Positions 61,601 through 64,000 of a stretch of 64,000 bases of DNA are shown one piece after another. Source of the stretch: Bacteroidales bacterium. GTDB lineage: Bacteria; Bacteroidota; Bacteroidia; Bacteroidales; UBA3663. The stretch is taken from positions 615-64,614 of the forward strand of contig JAZQPJ010000056.1 in assembly GCA_045628525.1 (NCBI GenBank), in the 5' to 3' direction. The notes beneath the pieces were generated by a model. That model saw only the letters and a program-made list of their open reading frames with translations. It did no database searches and had not been told where the DNA came from. The position numbers and the translations under genes are program-made. The number at the start of each line of letters is the position of its first letter. Positions within the stretch are counted from its first letter, which is position 1.

Positions 61601-63166
61601 GTGCTCCATAAGTCAGCCATCGTCATCGACTATCCGAACAAGGAGGACAAGGCCCACTTCGACCGCACCCTCTCGGAGTCGTGCTTCGCCCGTGGCCAGG
61701 AGTTCCTGATCCTGCCAGCATTGCACGAGGGCTTCAGCAACGATGGCACACAGATCCTCTTTGCCAACAACATCTGCCGACTGTATGGTGGCAACAACAA
61801 GACACCACTCACCCTGCAGCCTGACTGGGATATGCAGCGTGCTGACATCGGTACCATCTATGGCGGCTGCAACAATGGCGATGTACTCTACTACAAGGAG
61901 TCGGGCGACCGCAACCTCTATCCAGAGGCCGGTGGCTCACCAGGCCTGTGGCTCGTGCTGTGCAACGACGATCTGAAGGTGGACAACATCTTCGGTGGTT
62001 CGCGCATGGGCGACATCCGTCCGAGCAAGATCACCTTCGATCCTGCCACTGGTCGCAGCGATACCACACAGGTGCAGCTGGCCGACAACCAGTACGCTTC
62101 GGTCATTCTGATCAATGCAGGCAAGTATGGTCGCGTATTCGGCGGCAATGACGTAACTGGCTACGCACACAACGGCACCCGCATCCAGATGACCGGTGGT
62201 ACCATTGAGTCAATCTATGGCGCAGGCAATGGTCACTACCTCTACAAGTGGGATCCTTCAGTGACCCGCGTGACTGAGACCTGGGATGAGACCCTGCAGC
62301 AGTACGTTTACCTCACGCCAACCAACGAGCACTACCCTGATGCTGCCAACGATCCTAACCATCGTCTGCATGCCATCAACTTCGTCCGTCCTCACAGCAC
62401 AAAGTCGCTCATCGAGGTAGGCGGCGACCAGTACACCACAGCCTACGTCAACGACGGCATCTTCAGCGGTGGCAACTGCGCAACGATCATCGGCAAGGAG
62501 CCTGGCACGAATGGCGACGTGGTAGTGGATCTGGGCGACAACGCTGTCATCAACAGCCTCTACATCGGCTCGGACGCTGAGGACTACATCGGCCAGAAGT
62601 ATGTCAGCCAGCTCTTCAAGCTCAACGACATCAACGACCTCACCCAGCGTACTTCACACGACCAGAGCCTGCTCGACGTCTATATGAATGCCGTGGCACT
62701 GTATGGCCTGCCTAAGTACTTCCACTTCCGCAACAACTACGACAACTGCTACGTAGGTTCGTTCTATCTGGGTGGCCGTCACGCTTCGCTTGTGGCTCAT
62801 GGTTCGCTCGACATCAGCTTCCCACGTCAGCTCAAGATTTTCGATAAGGTAGTAGGCGGTGCTGATCGTGCCGACTTCACTATCGTGGCTCCAGACGGAC
62901 AGCATGTATCGCACAATGGCGGCATCCTCTGGGATCGCACCGGCGAAATGCCAAGCATCAACATGGATGTACAATGCCAGTTCATCGAGGCTGAAATGGA
63001 TCTCCATGACGAGTCGCTGAGCGGAAGCAACTTCCTGCGTTTCGGCATCAATGGCACCAATACTGTCGATCCGACCATCTACAGCGGATGCTATCAGTCG
63101 GGCAAGATTGAGGGTACAGTCGAAATCGAGGTCGATGGTGCTCAGGAGGAAGAATTCTTCTTCTAA
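55664..63166 (+). CDS. 2500-aa secreted protein with many (I/V)(Y/F)GG(G) repeats, probable beta-solenoid surface protein
   Basis: Sec signal peptide; GSGTQQDPYLI and GDDSNDG motifs; recurring IYGG/VYGG/VFGG units; host-like codon usage; promoter TATATTTG at 55597. Confidence 0.85.
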   Translation: MRKNRLTRVFFSALVALGMLMPASPLTQQALAEADVWDGTLRRPILGSGTQQDPYLITTAEEFAFLMQNYDNASGICLRKYYKLTVDIDMANNIYCYGATTTASRTFIAQLDGDGHKVSNLQLIVFDNTSEVHAGLIPQLGGDAEFRSGVRNLQIDGVNITYHDNSAISQGGIHQFAISPLVGQMYSNAFVENCIVSNAVLDSSFDKVLADKQASVRVAPIAGEYKAAFGKKGAGSKVPEASMIHSFGHIKSNATQGKGTLSFTATQGKAAEGKYNDFTWHKLGDNVYSFVSNSVQVIPVETATGNRKYRAQVSKAGNFSYRWHFNGNVLPDKGAECQIPFVTNYSTLGVDVLDAKGNIVTSGGIMTVAPTLQMHAVSVTSVAGGKSYNIKAEVVGPGISQMTSELNYEWLDLTDGEKVVGKSINLVGAHAGHTYLALARSNRNPQMAVSTLCTLGRVVYVCHNGITSPDDIAKYTFDGKTAYPAGDDSNDGSAPDKAVRTLQRAMELIMPESQGGTMADNVIVIMGDYSENAMAQYLDRDCLTPNPTALQVFYPSIICGSYGNIRNGELMASGEIMIGADVRLENINFHGDPADNGNSVASVYAQNHNVTFGYGLTMKGYAMMDLAHGLPYGAHSPMISIYGGFLNPDMEEFDYKENTIRLLSGYYGRLVAGSRFSKNCYTSGNMAGSARKPMRPHLIADISNQDNFQAHPFDIGMIVGGQADGSCWTVSTMDVKGRSRVGRIIGGNIGLGRKAYVKDRKGTLSPRPSDSFYGKSSINIESGIVHEIYGGSLGRTMHNIRTGIEMVDSCSTYFYGISEINISGGSIRNTIYGAGAGGVTGVIGDMEDGQYHSFDPLLPYSTANGKIAYGNYEKAQYKMPRIIDTDGSLIYITRSKVVINISDRAHLYGSVYGGGLGFSESIQTREATSQSGNVFGDISINMDGGIVDGYIFGGGRGSLNYYDNYDLTGYPTVNGKAQDKSYFNAMAQVYGNTNIRISGGEVKGMIYGGGEGCYYRATSDKDATNHVSNMANVYGTTNVTIEGNAQIDDFVFGAGNYGNICKIEGVEESGNTYVNILGGKIGNSIFGAGHGHFETESPEKSVLAYVEGDAHVLIKGGEFFFLPTGSRYAAKRYYGIFGSGRSASIVKGDTYVEAHRSLFSQAMIDSIGFHHWNTDKSWDQRFALCGGGSGEIADVMGDTHVLIDVDDLEGRNGLPAVHIAPDMVEKQITVPYIAFTDIFGGGLKGNVYGSTNVTVKGNPLIRNLYGGALQGDCGLRDKHLNGSSIFSHSNDERAYTTRATTNILSGRILRLYGGSLMGDVMGETEVNIGSLTDTIGNSSIFINRVTAGNDATGAIAGGNNERYGTHLNIYGGTILSDVYGAGDGEDLNSEHMLPSPHSKNPDAPVMRARPHVASTMINVQGASATSRVNILGTLFCGGNNTTVGLFEADTYDNAEWGMLREVLVPNSGRVHLNIGSHVNMGSLVMGCNGRQFLTKSNIPYSTTDGKEWYRGFLSNDDFEHFCRAIDMSCVPTLTFNADGKFHNDYPIDDRMGDKIEFNTPGEMDARDILIGDFVGGGYRGSMTSDSCYIYTLPLGVTISNQIVGGALNAHFDYTEKQGPNKGEKRTKLGGIAPYHDDFIMTDRLQLNLFNRFADMEAVIDKNGNPSHKGAKVFTGCLDYGIIMGYASLNYHSDIIGNYQLKEGESWRNISREWNSETGYIYGAGKGENTEILGNTYINIRGCVLNGEKCLPNCLNVFGGGLAGRVIGRTNVGVDIQCKGSSSVEAAQHAVWGNVYGGGRMGDVCEHSTLMPQFHALSGVSTHVRVHSGRVGDVFGGARMANIEGGTWVEIEDHSTDHFHAIIDRVFGGSDLSGSIGLSKHTQKTRGSEFTSNTYVYINEAPHEDGTFTGFPLIGEVYAGGNGDYGVPGSNGHYGGGQVLTRHGDMMDLTGMRYPDVDSTYLEINGGTILSAFGGANSSNVLHKSAIVIDYPNKEDKAHFDRTLSESCFARGQEFLILPALHEGFSNDGTQILFANNICRLYGGNNKTPLTLQPDWDMQRADIGTIYGGCNNGDVLYYKESGDRNLYPEAGGSPGLWLVLCNDDLKVDNIFGGSRMGDIRPSKITFDPATGRSDTTQVQLADNQYASVILINAGKYGRVFGGNDVTGYAHNGTRIQMTGGTIESIYGAGNGHYLYKWDPSVTRVTETWDETLQQYVYLTPTNEHYPDAANDPNHRLHAINFVRPHSTKSLIEVGGDQYTTAYVNDGIFSGGNCATIIGKEPGTNGDVVVDLGDNAVINSLYIGSDAEDYIGQKYVSQLFKLNDINDLTQRTSHDQSLLDVYMNAVALYGLPKYFHFRNNYDNCYVGSFYLGGRHASLVAHGSLDISFPRQLKIFDKVVGGADRADFTIVAPDGQHVSHNGGILWDRTGEMPSINMDVQCQFIEAEMDLHDESLSGSNFLRFGINGTNTVDPTIYSGCYQSGKIEGTVEIEVDGAQEEEFFF

Positions 63167-63205
63167 TGGACTTTACACATTATTATATAATATACCTTTT
63201 ACAAA

Positions 63206-63520
63206 ATGGCTAAGCAAATAACCGATCAGAACATTGCCGAGCTTCTCGCCGGCGATCAGCTTGTAGTAATCGACTTCTGGGCAACCTGGTGTGGCCCATG
63301 CCAGCGCCTCACCCCAATCATCGAGCAGCTCGCCGAGGAATACGAGGGTCGCGCCATCATCGGCAAATACAACGTCGATGAGGGCGAGGATGTTGTTGCC
63401 GACTACGGCATCCGCAACATCCCTGTAGTCCTCTTCCTCAAGGATGGCGAGGTTGTCCACAAGATGGTAGGTGCTGCCACCAAGGCCGCGCTGCAGGAGC
63501 AGATTGAAAAGTTTCTGTAA
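63206..63520 (+). CDS. trxA: Thioredoxin
   Basis: DFWATWCGPC active site. Confidence 0.97.
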   Translation: MAKQITDQNIAELLAGDQLVVIDFWATWCGPCQRLTPIIEQLAEEYEGRAIIGKYNVDEGEDVVADYGIRNIPVVLFLKDGEVVHKMVGAATKAALQEQIEKFL

Positions 63521-64000
63521 TGAAGATAGAAATCTGCTTCTCCCCCAGTCTGCTCAATCTTTATGACCACAAGGACGCAGTAGTGGTGGTGACCGATGTA
63601 TTTCGTGCCACCACCACTATCTGTACGGCCTTCGCCAATGGCGTGAAGGATATCATCCCTGTGGCCACCGAGCAGGAGGCGCTCTCGTACAAATCGCTCG
63701 GATACCTTGTGGGTGCAGAGCAGAGCACCGAGCGTTGTTCGTTTGCCGACTTTGGCAATTCGCCGGCTGAGTACTCTGTGGAGCACGTCAATGGCAAGTC
63801 GCTTGTCATCAAGACCACCAACGGTACCGTGGCCATCAAGGGCGCACAGCATTGTCACAAGCTACTCATCGGAGCGTTCGTCAACCTGCAGGCGCTGGCC
63901 AACCGCATCCTGCAACTCGGCAAGGACGTGCTCATCGTCTGCTCGGGTGCCGATGGCCGCATCTGTCTGGAGGACTCGCTCTTTGCCGGTGCCCTCACCA
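63520..64000 (+). CDS. comB: 2-phosphosulfolactate phosphatase family protein (runs off the window end)
   Basis: Hand translation MKIEICFSP...DVFRATTT...DFGNSP...TTNGT...LEDSLFAG. Confidence 0.9.
   Translation, partial: MKIEICFSPSLLNLYDHKDAVVVVTDVFRATTTICTAFANGVKDIIPVATEQEALSYKSLGYLVGAEQSTERCSFADFGNSPAEYSVEHVNGKSLVIKTTNGTVAIKGAQHCHKLLIGAFVNLQALANRILQLGKDVLIVCSGADGRICLEDSLFAGALT

Overview
A 64 kb chromosomal window from a Bacteroidales bacterium (Prevotella-like, judged from TAnnTTTG/TTTG promoters, absence of SD sites and gene content). It is mostly housekeeping: metH (partial), metF, hisS, dcp, folD, ffh, rnz, a CoA transferase, fusA2 (EF-G2), an AddA-like helicase-nuclease, xerD, aroQ, pyk, rbfA, an xpt-pbuX-uraA-upp-DUF5020 salvage operon, PBP1a, aquaporin, trxA and comB (partial). 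One AT-richer accessory segment (about 11.05-16.8 kb) holds a mosaic of broken defence and mobile-gene fragments. It also holds a type V pilin-like lipoprotein whose last ~190 nt look like a diversity-generating retroelement (DGR) variable repeat, followed by a nested hairpin. I found no reverse transcriptase or template repeat in the window, so it would be a remote target. That gene follows a 45-aa peptide gene and a ~390-nt structured leader. Other notable signals: three sequence-unrelated intergenic palindrome arrays that share a 42-bp period; a heptamer-repeat mini-element inserted in frame into four conserved genes; a stand-alone sRNA candidate; a membrane protein with alveolin-like repeats and a GrpE-like end; and a 2500-aa Gly-repeat secreted protein. 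All calls come from reading the sequence and recognising motifs; no database searches were run.
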